From Candidatus Woesearchaeota archaeon (GTDB lineage Archaea; Nanobdellota; Nanobdellia; CAYMVK01; CAYYFB01), in NCBI GenBank assembly GCA_964471255.1, contig CAYYFB010000001.1:110798-174797 (forward strand): a stretch of DNA of 64,000 nucleotides, given 5' to 3'. The translations under genes and the position numbers were made by a program. Position 1 is the stretch's first letter. Each line of letters opens with the position of its first letter. Below, in pieces: positions 47,594 through 55,898 of this stretch. Under the pieces are notes generated by a model. The model was given only the letters and a program-made list of their open reading frames with translations, made no database searches and had not been told where the DNA came from.

Positions 47594-48820
47594 TTATAAA
47601 AGAAGGGACCTTCTTGAAATAATACCCACAACTATTGTTTCATTTAAGTACTCCACTCCTCCTCCTAATGAAGAGTATTCTCCGTAAGTATAGAAACCCA
47701 CAATAGGAACATCTCCAATAACTTCCTTTACAGCTTCTATTTCTTTCTTGCACTTATTCTCTCCAAAAATTGCCATTCTGGCAGCACAATCTGGGATAAT
47801 AGCTAATCCTATGTCCTCTGGATTAGGTTCTCCAATACTTTCTAAGGCTTGTCTTGCAGCCGATTTTGCTGCGTCGATCATCTTTCCTTCATCTGTCGAC
47901 ATTATTCTAACAACATGCCCCATAGGCACGTCCCCCGAACAAATAATACTCCCATCTTCTAAGGCTCTTATTGGATGTCTTAGTCTATATCTTCCATGAA
48001 TATCAATTATCCCCAAGGGATAAACTAAAGCTGCCTTTCCTAAAGGTTCTTTCACAAGCTTTTCTGCTATTTTTTCACCAAGAACCTCTGAATATACCTC
48101 TACTGCTGGTTTTCCATCGAGCTCTAAAAGTTTGTTTCCTTGACTTTTTGTAACAACAAACGGAGGGGATATAGGAGTCCAACCATGTCCAACCCCTACT
48201 CCTACCGGGAGTTTAGTATCCAAAATACAGCCAACAGCTCCATCCGAATGCAGTTTCCACTTATCAAATACCCACGTTTTTTCAAATTTGAGATCGTCTC
48301 CAGCCGATCCTCCAAATACTAGCGGGTACCCCCTTATGACTTCTCTAACCCCCCTTGCAAATTCCGATCCGCTTCCTCCAATTCCGCAGACTAGAAAAAG
48401 AAACGCATGGAAAGCTAATAATAATGTTCTTCCACTTTCTCGTCTAATATAATATCCTAGTGTCTTTACTCCAGATTCCTTTATCAAGTTTTCTGTTAGA
48501 CTACGCCCCAGATACTCATAATCTGGACACCTTCCCTCGCTCGTTGTAAAGAATCTAATGTAATCGGTTGAAATTAAAGCCAAAGAAACAGTTCCGAACT
48601 TTGGTTCGTTTAGAATTTCACCAGCAGTACTACAACCAATTATATCACAATCTAAAGCTGATTTAAGACCTTTCCACACCTGTTTTATATCATAACTTCC
48701 AGAAACAAAAACGAGAGCTATATCTGGTTTTCTGACGTCTTCTAGAGCTTCTTCAGCCGCTTCTTTGCCAGCCACAAAAGGGTCTTTTTCTCTACTAAAA
48801 GCAAGGGAGACATTTATCAT
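47594..48820 (-). CDS. FIST N/C domain protein
   Basis: IIGCSTAGEI, GGSAGD, HGWTPI, ELDGKPA, DCAAR and GFYTYGE motifs. Confidence 0.9.
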   Translation of the reverse strand: MINVSLAFSREKDPFVAGKEAAEEALEDVRKPDIALVFVSGSYDIKQVWKGLKSALDCDIIGCSTAGEILNEPKFGTVSLALISTDYIRFFTTSEGRCPDYEYLGRSLTENLIKESGVKTLGYYIRRESGRTLLLAFHAFLFLVCGIGGSGSEFARGVREVIRGYPLVFGGSAGDDLKFEKTWVFDKWKLHSDGAVGCILDTKLPVGVGVGHGWTPISPPFVVTKSQGNKLLELDGKPAVEVYSEVLGEKIAEKLVKEPLGKAALVYPLGIIDIHGRYRLRHPIRALEDGSIICSGDVPMGHVVRIMSTDEGKMIDAAKSAARQALESIGEPNPEDIGLAIIPDCAARMAIFGENKCKKEIEAVKEVIGDVPIVGFYTYGEYSSLGGGVEYLNETIVVGIISRRSLLL

Positions 48821-48884
48821 TCTAAATAGCAGTCTTTATTTATCTAAATAACTTCTTTTTATACAGCCTAGGGGGTAATACCAT

Positions 48885-49355
48885 ATGAAACTACTTAAGA
48901 AAAAAGAAATCCTCCGTCTTTTGAGGGAGAAAACTCTCTCAATAGAACCATTTGAGTCTTCTTTTCTGGAAAAGCTAGGATACAACATTAGAATTGGGGA
49001 CACTGTAATGGTTTGGGATAGATATTCCCTTGACTTCGTTGACTTTGATAAAAATATGAAAAGATATGTAGAAAAATTCAAACTCAAGAAGAATATCTAC
49101 TTCCCTCTCCACAGCAATGAAACAGTAATTGTTAAAAGCCTAGAAAGTATAAGATTACCGGAGGATGTTTTGGGTATTCTACATACAAAAGCTAAGAGGC
49201 CATTGTACGGACTAATTGTCCATACAAGCGGGGGAATAATTCATCCAGGTTGGTCAGGGAACTTATTGCTCCCGATCACTAATATAGGAAATATTACTAT
49301 AAGGCTTACCAAAGGGGACCCTATAGCGTTTGTAACCTTCTGGAAGCTGGATTAA
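48885..49355 (+). CDS. dcd: dCTP deaminase / trimeric dUTPase family protein
   Basis: SLESIRLPEDVLG..GIIHPGWSGNL..NIGN..GDPIA. The usual RSS motif appears as KAK. Confidence 0.75.
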   Translation: MKLLKKKEILRLLREKTLSIEPFESSFLEKLGYNIRIGDTVMVWDRYSLDFVDFDKNMKRYVEKFKLKKNIYFPLHSNETVIVKSLESIRLPEDVLGILHTKAKRPLYGLIVHTSGGIIHPGWSGNLLLPITNIGNITIRLTKGDPIAFVTFWKLD

Positions 49356-50431
49356 AGATACCATAAAAGAGTGGGTATAAGAATAGAACCTGAAAGCACA
49401 AAAAGCGGCGTTTCTGAGTAAAAAGCGGCAAATGCTAGAAGAAGACATGCTAACATGACGCCAATACCTTCAACCCCAGAGTAAACATAAATAATAACAA
49501 CATTAATCAAGAGCAAAATAAACTTGACCCTTTCCACTGAACTTATTCTTAGAAATGGGAGCAAAATCAGAAGAAAGGTACAACATATTAGAAAGGAAAA
49601 AGTTGAGACAAGGAGGAACGAAAAAATGTAAGATTTATCCACTCCTTGTAAAATTTTTAAGTAACCTTCTCTAGGCTTATCAAGGAAGTACCATGAAAAT
49701 AAAGATACTAAAGGCTGGATAAAATTAATACCGCCAAGCACTGCTCCAAGATTAGCCTTAAAGAAGACTCTAGACAATAAAGCAGAATGGACAGGAGTTA
49801 TTCCTGGCAAGGAGGCGAGAAAAATTGAAGCTAATATGATCTTTGGTAAATCATAAGGACACATTTTGTTAATTTCTTCTTTCCTCGCAGTTTTTCTAAA
49901 TAAAAGACTCGGAATCCCAAAAAATCCTGAAAGCATTGGAAGAAAAGGCTCATTACAGAGCCCAAGGTTTAAAATTATCACCCCATATATCCCTGAGGTT
50001 ATGAAAAACAGCAAAGAATAAAAGAAATTTTCTTGGAGAGTTAAAACAATCGTTATCCCAAATAAAATAATAAAAACAGATTTTGGAAGATATTCTAAAT
50101 ACTTCAGAAAAGAAAAGATAGGAAAAAGAAGAATACAGCAAACAAAAGAAAATAAGCCACCAAGAACAATCTCTTTAAGAGACGCTCTATCTAGAGAAAA
50201 GTATCCAAAGTTTCTGTATCCGGCTATACTTACCAAAAATGCTTGTGAAAAGTTAAATCCTATCCCTACCGAAAGTAGAAATATACTTGTCTTAATTTTA
50301 TCAGCAATATGAATATTCTTAAAGAGATTCGGATGTAGACCAGGCATAAAACCAGAAAATACCCCAAATAGACTACCCAACAAAGTTAACCAGAGAAAAG
50401 ATAGTTCCATTCTCAATTTTACCACAAACAA
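49352..50431 (-). CDS. TctA/DUF112 family tripartite tricarboxylate transporter-like permease
   Basis: GVFSGFMPGLHPN, PMLSGFFGIPSLL and LPGIT motifs. Confidence 0.8.
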   Translation of the reverse strand: MFVVKLRMELSFLWLTLLGSLFGVFSGFMPGLHPNLFKNIHIADKIKTSIFLLSVGIGFNFSQAFLVSIAGYRNFGYFSLDRASLKEIVLGGLFSFVCCILLFPIFSFLKYLEYLPKSVFIILFGITIVLTLQENFFYSLLFFITSGIYGVIILNLGLCNEPFLPMLSGFFGIPSLLFRKTARKEEINKMCPYDLPKIILASIFLASLPGITPVHSALLSRVFFKANLGAVLGGINFIQPLVSLFSWYFLDKPREGYLKILQGVDKSYIFSFLLVSTFSFLICCTFLLILLPFLRISSVERVKFILLLINVVIIYVYSGVEGIGVMLACLLLAFAAFYSETPLFVLSGSILIPTLLWYL

Positions 50432-50654
50432 TCACCCTACCAAATAGGCATTTTCTAGAGATTATTTCTACATTAGTACGATTTTCAACTTGTCCTGTCA
50501 TGATGCAAATTCTATCACTTGCAAAGAGGATTCTACTTATAGTAACTTCTCTGCATAAGGAATTCCTTTTTAATAAGAAAATCATCAATAAAATAGCAAA
50601 AGATGTTACATACAAAATTACAAGCTTTTTTTCTCTATTTTTAGATCTACGCAT
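50373..50654 (-). CDS. Small membrane-anchored protein (OB-fold-like)
   Basis: One TM followed by ICIMTGQV..VIVCGKI. The start is uncertain. Confidence 0.45.
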   Translation of the reverse strand: MRRSKNREKKLVILYVTSFAILLMIFLLKRNSLCREVTISRILFASDRICIMTGQVENRTNVEIISRKCLFGRVIVCGKIENGTIFSLVNFVG

Positions 50655-51463
50655 ACTCTTACCTTAGAAGGAGAAATATCTCCACATTTTTTTACGTTTA
50701 TAACTTCTAGAGAAATAGAATAGATTTCGGAAAGGTAAGTAACAAAACTTTTTACTTCTTCCTCATAGTCTTCTTTTTTAACAAACTTATAAACGTGAGC
50801 AAACGCCTTTTCTTTCGAGGCAAGAACGACACTTTCGAAAAGCTTTTCTGGAGCGCTGGGATAATCAAGAATACATCTATCAGCAATGTTCTTTAAATTA
50901 AGCTCTTTAATAACTTCTCTACAATCCCCTAAAAAAGGAAAGATGACCTCCTGAAGTTTATTTAACTTTATATTTTCAACCAGATATCTAAAAGCCAGAG
51001 GATTTTTATCAATAGCATATATTCTCTTGGGTTTTGCGTGTTTTGCTATCACAAGAGAAAAAGATCCAATTCCTGCACAAAGATCTATAATTATTTCCCC
51101 AGGAGCAACCTTTCTTGCAATCCTAAGTCTTTCCTGGGATAGTCTAGGAGAGAAGTATACTTTTTTCACATTAAGTTTCATTTTTACTCCAGACTCTTTG
51201 TGGATTGTTTCATCAATCTCTTCCCCAGCAATTAATTCATAAGATCTTAGTCTAAATTCCCCTTTGACTTCACTGGCTCTTTTATAGACGCATTTCACAT
51301 TCCTATGGATCTTGAGAATAGCTTTTCCTATTTCCTCTTTATATTCTTCTAACTCTTCTGGTATTTCTACTATTGCTATCTCCCCAATAATATCAAAGCT
51401 TGTTGGAATATATCTTGTTTTTTCTCTAGGTATTACATTTTTTAGAACATCTTTTATTCTCAT
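50618..51463 (-). CDS. Trm5/Taw2 family tRNA G37 methyltransferase
   Basis: SFDIIGEIA, GEFRLR, KVYFSPRLSQER, DLCAGIGSFS and IDKNP motifs. Confidence 0.88.
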   Translation of the reverse strand: MRIKDVLKNVIPREKTRYIPTSFDIIGEIAIVEIPEELEEYKEEIGKAILKIHRNVKCVYKRASEVKGEFRLRSYELIAGEEIDETIHKESGVKMKLNVKKVYFSPRLSQERLRIARKVAPGEIIIDLCAGIGSFSLVIAKHAKPKRIYAIDKNPLAFRYLVENIKLNKLQEVIFPFLGDCREVIKELNLKNIADRCILDYPSAPEKLFESVVLASKEKAFAHVYKFVKKEDYEEEVKSFVTYLSEIYSISLEVINVKKCGDISPSKVRVCVDLKIEKKSL

Positions 51464-52039
51464 TCACTCTTTTTCTTTTAAATACCGTTTAAGATAAAGA
51501 TATCCAAAAATCCCAATGATCATGGCCACTCCAGCTGAACATCCCCAGACTAGGATTTCAACAATCCTAATTAGTATAGTAGCTTCAGGAATTCCTATTT
51601 CTTTGAGAATTATTCCTCCCAAGAAGAGGTAAACAACAGCCGAGATAGGGAGATAAAGGATATGCCCATAGGGTACCTGTTTAATGCTCTCCCCTGCTCG
51701 TCTGAGGATAATAATCCCTAAATATAAAACGAAAAGGATTCTAAGCAGGTTTGGAAAGAATGCTAGGACTGAAATTAGGAAATTTGACAAAACTGAAAGA
51801 TTAAGTAATTTGAACCCCTCAGAAAAGAGGAATATCGCTATAGATAAAGAAATGATTGTCGATAAAATGTATCTAAGCTTTACTCCAGCAATATCCTTTG
51901 GCAGGGAATGTTTTTCTAGAAATTCATCAACCTTTTTTCTTCTCCAGATTAAGGAAAAAACGTCTCCTGCTACTTTTCCTGCTGAAATTCCTAACAGAAA
52001 GAGGAGCATTGCATAAAGGATATTTTCTAACATATTCAA
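51464..52039 (-). CDS. Membrane protein of the mechanosensitive-channel TM-helix type
   Basis: LNLSVLSNFLISVLAFFPNL pattern and about 5 TMs. Confidence 0.6.
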   Translation of the reverse strand: MNMLENILYAMLLFLLGISAGKVAGDVFSLIWRRKKVDEFLEKHSLPKDIAGVKLRYILSTIISLSIAIFLFSEGFKLLNLSVLSNFLISVLAFFPNLLRILFVLYLGIIILRRAGESIKQVPYGHILYLPISAVVYLFLGGIILKEIGIPEATILIRIVEILVWGCSAGVAMIIGIFGYLYLKRYLKEKE

Positions 52040-52066
52040 AGAACAGTTTATATGACATAAAAATAT

Positions 52067-52138
<72 letters not shown>

Positions 52139-52330
52139 GAAGAAATGCCCCTTTGGCTGTTTTTATAACAACATTATTTTATGATGCCATTTGCTGAGCA
52201 GATTAAGGACGGAATCGGAATGACGTTGTTTTGCAACAAGATAAAGTCCTTGAAGTGCAAGCCTTCAAGCCTATTCTGACATTATTGAGAATTTTATAAA
52301 AAACTTAAGTGCCGGGAATTAGTTTTTTCT

Positions 52331-52534
52331 ATGCAAGTAACCATTTCTATCTCCGAACTAAAAAAGATAATAAGGGAAGTGATAAGGGAAGAGCTTGAAA
52401 GATTTAAAGTAGAATTGATTCCAGAAGAAGAGCCAGAACCTGAAGATCTTGAGGCTTTAAAGATAGCCACAGAACAATACAAAGAAGGAAAGTATGTGAC
52501 ATGGGAAGAATTGGAGAAAGAACTTTCGAAATAA
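52331..52534 (+). CDS. RelB-like antitoxin
   Basis: Acidic 67 aa ending KEGKYVTWEELEKEL, overlapping a RelE-like frame. Confidence 0.8.
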   Translation: MQVTISISELKKIIREVIREELERFKVELIPEEEPEPEDLEALKIATEQYKEGKYVTWEELEKELSK

Positions 52535-52794
52535 TTATTCCAAAGGGCGTTAAGAGGAAAATTATTAAGCTTCCAGAAGAGTATAGAAATCCTTTAGGGG
52601 AAATATTTAGAACCTTAAGGGAGAATCCTATACCTACCAGCAAATAGGATGTTAAGAAGTTAAAGGGCCTTAAAAATTGCTTTAGGATTAGAAAAGGTAA
52701 GATGAGAATTGTTTATAAAGTTTTGGAAAAAGAAAGGAAAATTCTAATTGCTAGGGTTGGTATGAGGGAGAAAGTATACAAAAAGTTATTATAA
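52501..52794 (+). pseudogene. relE: RelE/ParE family toxin with in-frame TAG at 52645-52647
   Basis: ..TLRENPIPTSK*DVKKLKGLKNCFRIRKGKMRIVYKV..RVGMREKVYKKLL. The RelE motifs continue in frame after the stop. Confidence 0.85.
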
Positions 52795-52972
52795 TATTCA
52801 AGTGAACTAGAATTATAAAGGATTTTCTCTTTAATTTTCCTTACTCAATAGAATAGAAATTTTCTATACCCCAGATGAGCTAAATAGGCCTCCTGATAAA
52901 GAAAGACAGTTGTTTTTCTACACTACATTCTGACCATTCATCTGGTAACCAGGAAATATTACTCCTAAGACC

Positions 52973-53008
52973 TGACGAACAGGAGGTCCCAGTTCGAATC
53001 TAAATGGG
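52973..53008 (+). repeat. Degenerate direct repeat of the tRNA-Val 3' half (att-like)
   Basis: TGACGAACAGGAGGTCCC-AGTTCGAATCTAAATGGG versus tRNA TGACGAGCGGGAGGTCCCCGGTTCGAATCCGGGCGGG. Confidence 0.8.
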
Positions 53009-53325
53009 AATTATTCTTAATTTTAATGTTCTCAATTCCAGAGAAACCAAATTATTTAGACATTTTATTGCTAACTGTTAATTAGGTCATAAAACGGTGG
53101 CCTTCCTAATTACAAAAATATTGAGAGAAATCAATCCTCAGTAGTGAAGAGAAAGGTCCAAATTATTGATTACTGTTAACACACTAGAGCAAAAAAGAAT
53201 CTTAAGTATATCTGAGGAATTTAATCTATTTTCTAGAGCGCTCCAGAAAAATTCTCAAACTTGTTTATCTTTATTAAAAAAGATTTAGCATTAATTTTCC
53301 CAATTCCCCAAATAGTCTTGATTGC

Positions 53326-53451
53326 TTACTTATATTTCTCCCTTTGCTTCCTTCTCAGTCTTTTTCTCTCCCTTATTCTCTTTTTGATAGTTTTCCATCT
53401 ACATCTAAACTTATTGACCGTCTTTTTCCACCTTCGGCTACTCCTTTTCAA
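53326..53451 (-). CDS. rpl41e: Ribosomal protein eL41 (eS32)
   Basis: TTG start after a GGAGGTG ribosome-binding site. MKRSSRRWKKTVNKFRCRWKTIKKRIRERKRLRRKQREKYK*. Not in the ORF track. Confidence 0.8.
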   Translation of the reverse strand: MKRSSRRWKKTVNKFRCRWKTIKKRIRERKRLRRKQREKYK

Positions 53452-54175
53452 CTATCCACCTCCATCCTATTGCTGATATATAAAGAGCTAGCCTAAGGGT
53501 TATAAAGTTTACGTCGAAATCCAGATTTATCTCAGTAATGTCCATTGAGAGTGGCTTTGTTCTGCTTAGAGCATCAATAAGAAGCTTTGGATTTAGCCCA
53601 AATGGTTCCCTAAAATAGGTTCCTGGAGCGAAAGCTGGGTCTAAAACATCAATATCTATGCTTAAATAGAAATCTTTTCTTGGAATAAAGGAACTTATAT
53701 CATCAGAACTCTCTATTTCATTGCATAGTAAAAAGTTTATCCCTTTCTCTTTGATGAAATTCATTTCGTGTGGTGCAAAATTCCTTATTCCCACTAAATA
53801 TACCTTCTCTGGATTTACTAATCTTTCCTCAATAAGAAGCCTTAACCAATCTTCATTAGTGGGGAATTTTGTAGAGAACTCTAAATCTGGATGAGCGTCA
53901 AAAATTACTAGAGGTTTTCCTTTAAAGTTCTGGTAGAGAAAAAAAGAAACAGAATGATCCCCTCCAATAGCTACAAATGGTTTTTCTAAATTCAAAAGCT
54001 TAGAATAGAATTCTCTTATATTTTCTCCTTCTTCTTTTGATATCACCCTAATCTTTGTGCTAATTAAATCAATAAAATAGATCTTCTCTAATTCTTTTTT
54101 TAATTTTCCAGATATTTTATATCCTTTCCTATATCTTAGGTTTCCAATTCCTTCATCTATTACTATTAAGTGCAT
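53438..54175 (-). CDS. Arginase/agmatinase family ureohydrolase
   Basis: GGDHS, DAHPD, SIDIDVLDPAFAPG and DITEIN motifs. Confidence 0.9.
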   Translation of the reverse strand: MHLIVIDEGIGNLRYRKGYKISGKLKKELEKIYFIDLISTKIRVISKEEGENIREFYSKLLNLEKPFVAIGGDHSVSFFLYQNFKGKPLVIFDAHPDLEFSTKFPTNEDWLRLLIEERLVNPEKVYLVGIRNFAPHEMNFIKEKGINFLLCNEIESSDDISSFIPRKDFYLSIDIDVLDPAFAPGTYFREPFGLNPKLLIDALSRTKPLSMDITEINLDFDVNFITLRLALYISAIGWRWIVEKE

Positions 54176-54299
54176 GCAAGGAGTTGGTTAGAAGAAATCT
54201 AATGAATTATGTAGCTACCAGTGGGTGAATCAGAAAATCCTGGTTAGAATTCTGGAGCGGCATGGAAGTATCTAAATCTATAGATATGGATTTCCTTTT

Positions 54300-54539
54300 A
54301 TGGCAAAGAGAAAGACTGTAATACCAATGGCTGCTGTTGAGAGACTTATAAGGAATGCAGCAAAGAAATATGGAATAGTAAGAGTTTCTGGAAAGGCAGT
54401 AGCAAAGACAGTAGATACTTTAGAAACTCTGGTAAAAAGATTGGCTGAAGAGGCTTCCAGGCTTGCTGCTCACGCTGGAAGAGTAACAGTAACAAAAGAA
54501 GATATTGACATGGCTAAGGGAAGTATAAGGACCCTATAG
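54300..54539 (+). CDS. Archaeal histone
   Basis: IPMAAVERLIRNA..RVS..A..LAAHAGRVTVTKEDI histone fold. Confidence 0.93.
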   Translation: MAKRKTVIPMAAVERLIRNAAKKYGIVRVSGKAVAKTVDTLETLVKRLAEEASRLAAHAGRVTVTKEDIDMAKGSIRTL

Positions 54540-54568
54540 CTTTTTTGCTTATTTATTTTATTATATTT

Positions 54569-54619
54569 GTGATGAGACCTTCCCAGTCTGAAGTCTGATG
54601 ATTCGAGCTACCTCACTGA
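54569..54619 (+). ncRNA. C/D box sRNA
   Basis: C box GTGATGA 54569-75, 12-nt guide, D' CTGA 54588-91, C' TGATGA 54596-601, 14-nt guide, D CTGA 54616-19. Intergenic. Confidence 0.85.
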
Positions 54620-54740
54620 TCTAAACCCCTTCAATAGAAAGCTTGTAGAGTTTCTGGTAAATTTTCTAAAAAGACATGTAAGAATAAATCAGAGGTATGT
54701 TCCTTTTGTTTTAATTTGAGTATTAATTACTTTCTAGACT

Positions 54741-55052
54741 TTACTGATATTCCATCCAAGTATATCCACATTTAACACATTTGAATATCCTTGTAGCCGG
54801 CTCATCAGCAGCTCTTGTTTGCTCTAGAGTGAAATATGCTTTATTATATCCACATTTGGGACACTGGACTTCAGTTATGGGGAGCATTTCATTTTCAAAT
54901 GATTCTAGTTCAACAATTCCTCTCCTTTTCTTTGTATGCTCCACAGTAATAAGAGGGTTCCCTTCTTTTTCATAAGTTTCTCCACATTTAGAACAAACCA
55001 ACTTATCTCCCTTAGGAACAAGAACTCCTCCACACTTCTTGCAGAATAACAT
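54741..55052 (-). CDS. tfs: Transcription factor S (TFS)
   Basis: FCKKCG..CSKCG and CPKCG..QTRAADEPATRIFKCVKCG. Confidence 0.93.
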   Translation of the reverse strand: MLFCKKCGGVLVPKGDKLVCSKCGETYEKEGNPLITVEHTKKRRGIVELESFENEMLPITEVQCPKCGYNKAYFTLEQTRAADEPATRIFKCVKCGYTWMEYQ

Positions 55053-55088
55053 AGAGAAAGTCTCCCTCAAAACTCCTTTATAAATATT

Positions 55089-55856
55089 ATGGAAAAGTTT
55101 AAAAGAGAAAATCGAGAAAAAAACTTTTCAATTAAACTCCTTATTAATAAAGAAAATAAAAAGTATTTCTGGAGCGGCGGAGATTTGCATTTGAATGAAG
55201 GGATTATAAAAGAGGAAAAAATAAAAAGGGCCGCTCCAGGCGACAAGATTTATACTCATCTGGGAAAGGAGTTCTATGTCATTAAGCCTAATTTCATTGA
55301 TTTCTTTGATAAATTGAAAAGAAGAGCCCAAGTTATTTTACCCAAGGATGCTGTCCTAATGATTGCCTATGCTGGGGTTAACCCAGGAGATACAGTAGTA
55401 GAGGGAGGGACTGGCTCGGGATGGCTAACCTTATGGCTTGCAAGAGCTGTTGGGGAAGAAGGCAGGGTAATTTCTTATGATATTAATAAAGAAAATATAG
55501 AAATAGCAAGAGAAAATCTAAAGCTTCTTGGATTAGAAAAAAGAGTGGAATTTGTAATAGGGGATATCACAAAAGAGGGATTTCCGGAATGTAATTCTGT
55601 TTTTCTTGACATTCCAAATAGCTATGAGGTAATTAAATTCTGGAGCAAGGTTGCTCCAGGGGGCTTTATGGTTTTCTACTGCCCTCAGCTTACGCAAGTT
55701 TTGGAAGTAGTAAAGGAAGCTAGGAAAGTAGATAGATTAATACTTGATAAATGCATAGAGGTAACCGAAAGACCTTGGATAATTAAAGATAAAATATTAA
55801 GACCAAAACAATGGCTTGAACACACGGCATTCCTTTTGTTTTTAAGGAGAGTTTAG
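55089..55856 (+). CDS. trmI: tRNA m1A57/58 methyltransferase
   Basis: RRAQVILPKD, EGGTGSGWLT, FLDIP and HTAFLLF motifs. Confidence 0.92.
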   Translation: MEKFKRENREKNFSIKLLINKENKKYFWSGGDLHLNEGIIKEEKIKRAAPGDKIYTHLGKEFYVIKPNFIDFFDKLKRRAQVILPKDAVLMIAYAGVNPGDTVVEGGTGSGWLTLWLARAVGEEGRVISYDINKENIEIARENLKLLGLEKRVEFVIGDITKEGFPECNSVFLDIPNSYEVIKFWSKVAPGGFMVFYCPQLTQVLEVVKEARKVDRLILDKCIEVTERPWIIKDKILRPKQWLEHTAFLLFLRRV

Positions 55857-55898
55857 CATTTCAACTTTATTTATCATAGATTAAATTTACTTAAATTT

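Noticed and set aside
52645..52647. Genome-wide TAG recoding (pyrrolysine or alternative code)
   Set aside because: TAG terminates several conserved genes normally (histone, trmI, and others), so a single nonsense mutation is the simpler explanation.
52872..52934. Possible second C/D sRNA (AGATGA..CTGA..CTGA)
   Set aside because: C and C' boxes are degenerate and the second guide is too long, so support is insufficient.
53261..53476. 71-aa hydrophobic plus-strand ORF
   Set aside because: Antisense shadow of the purine-rich eL41 gene, which has the ribosome-binding site.
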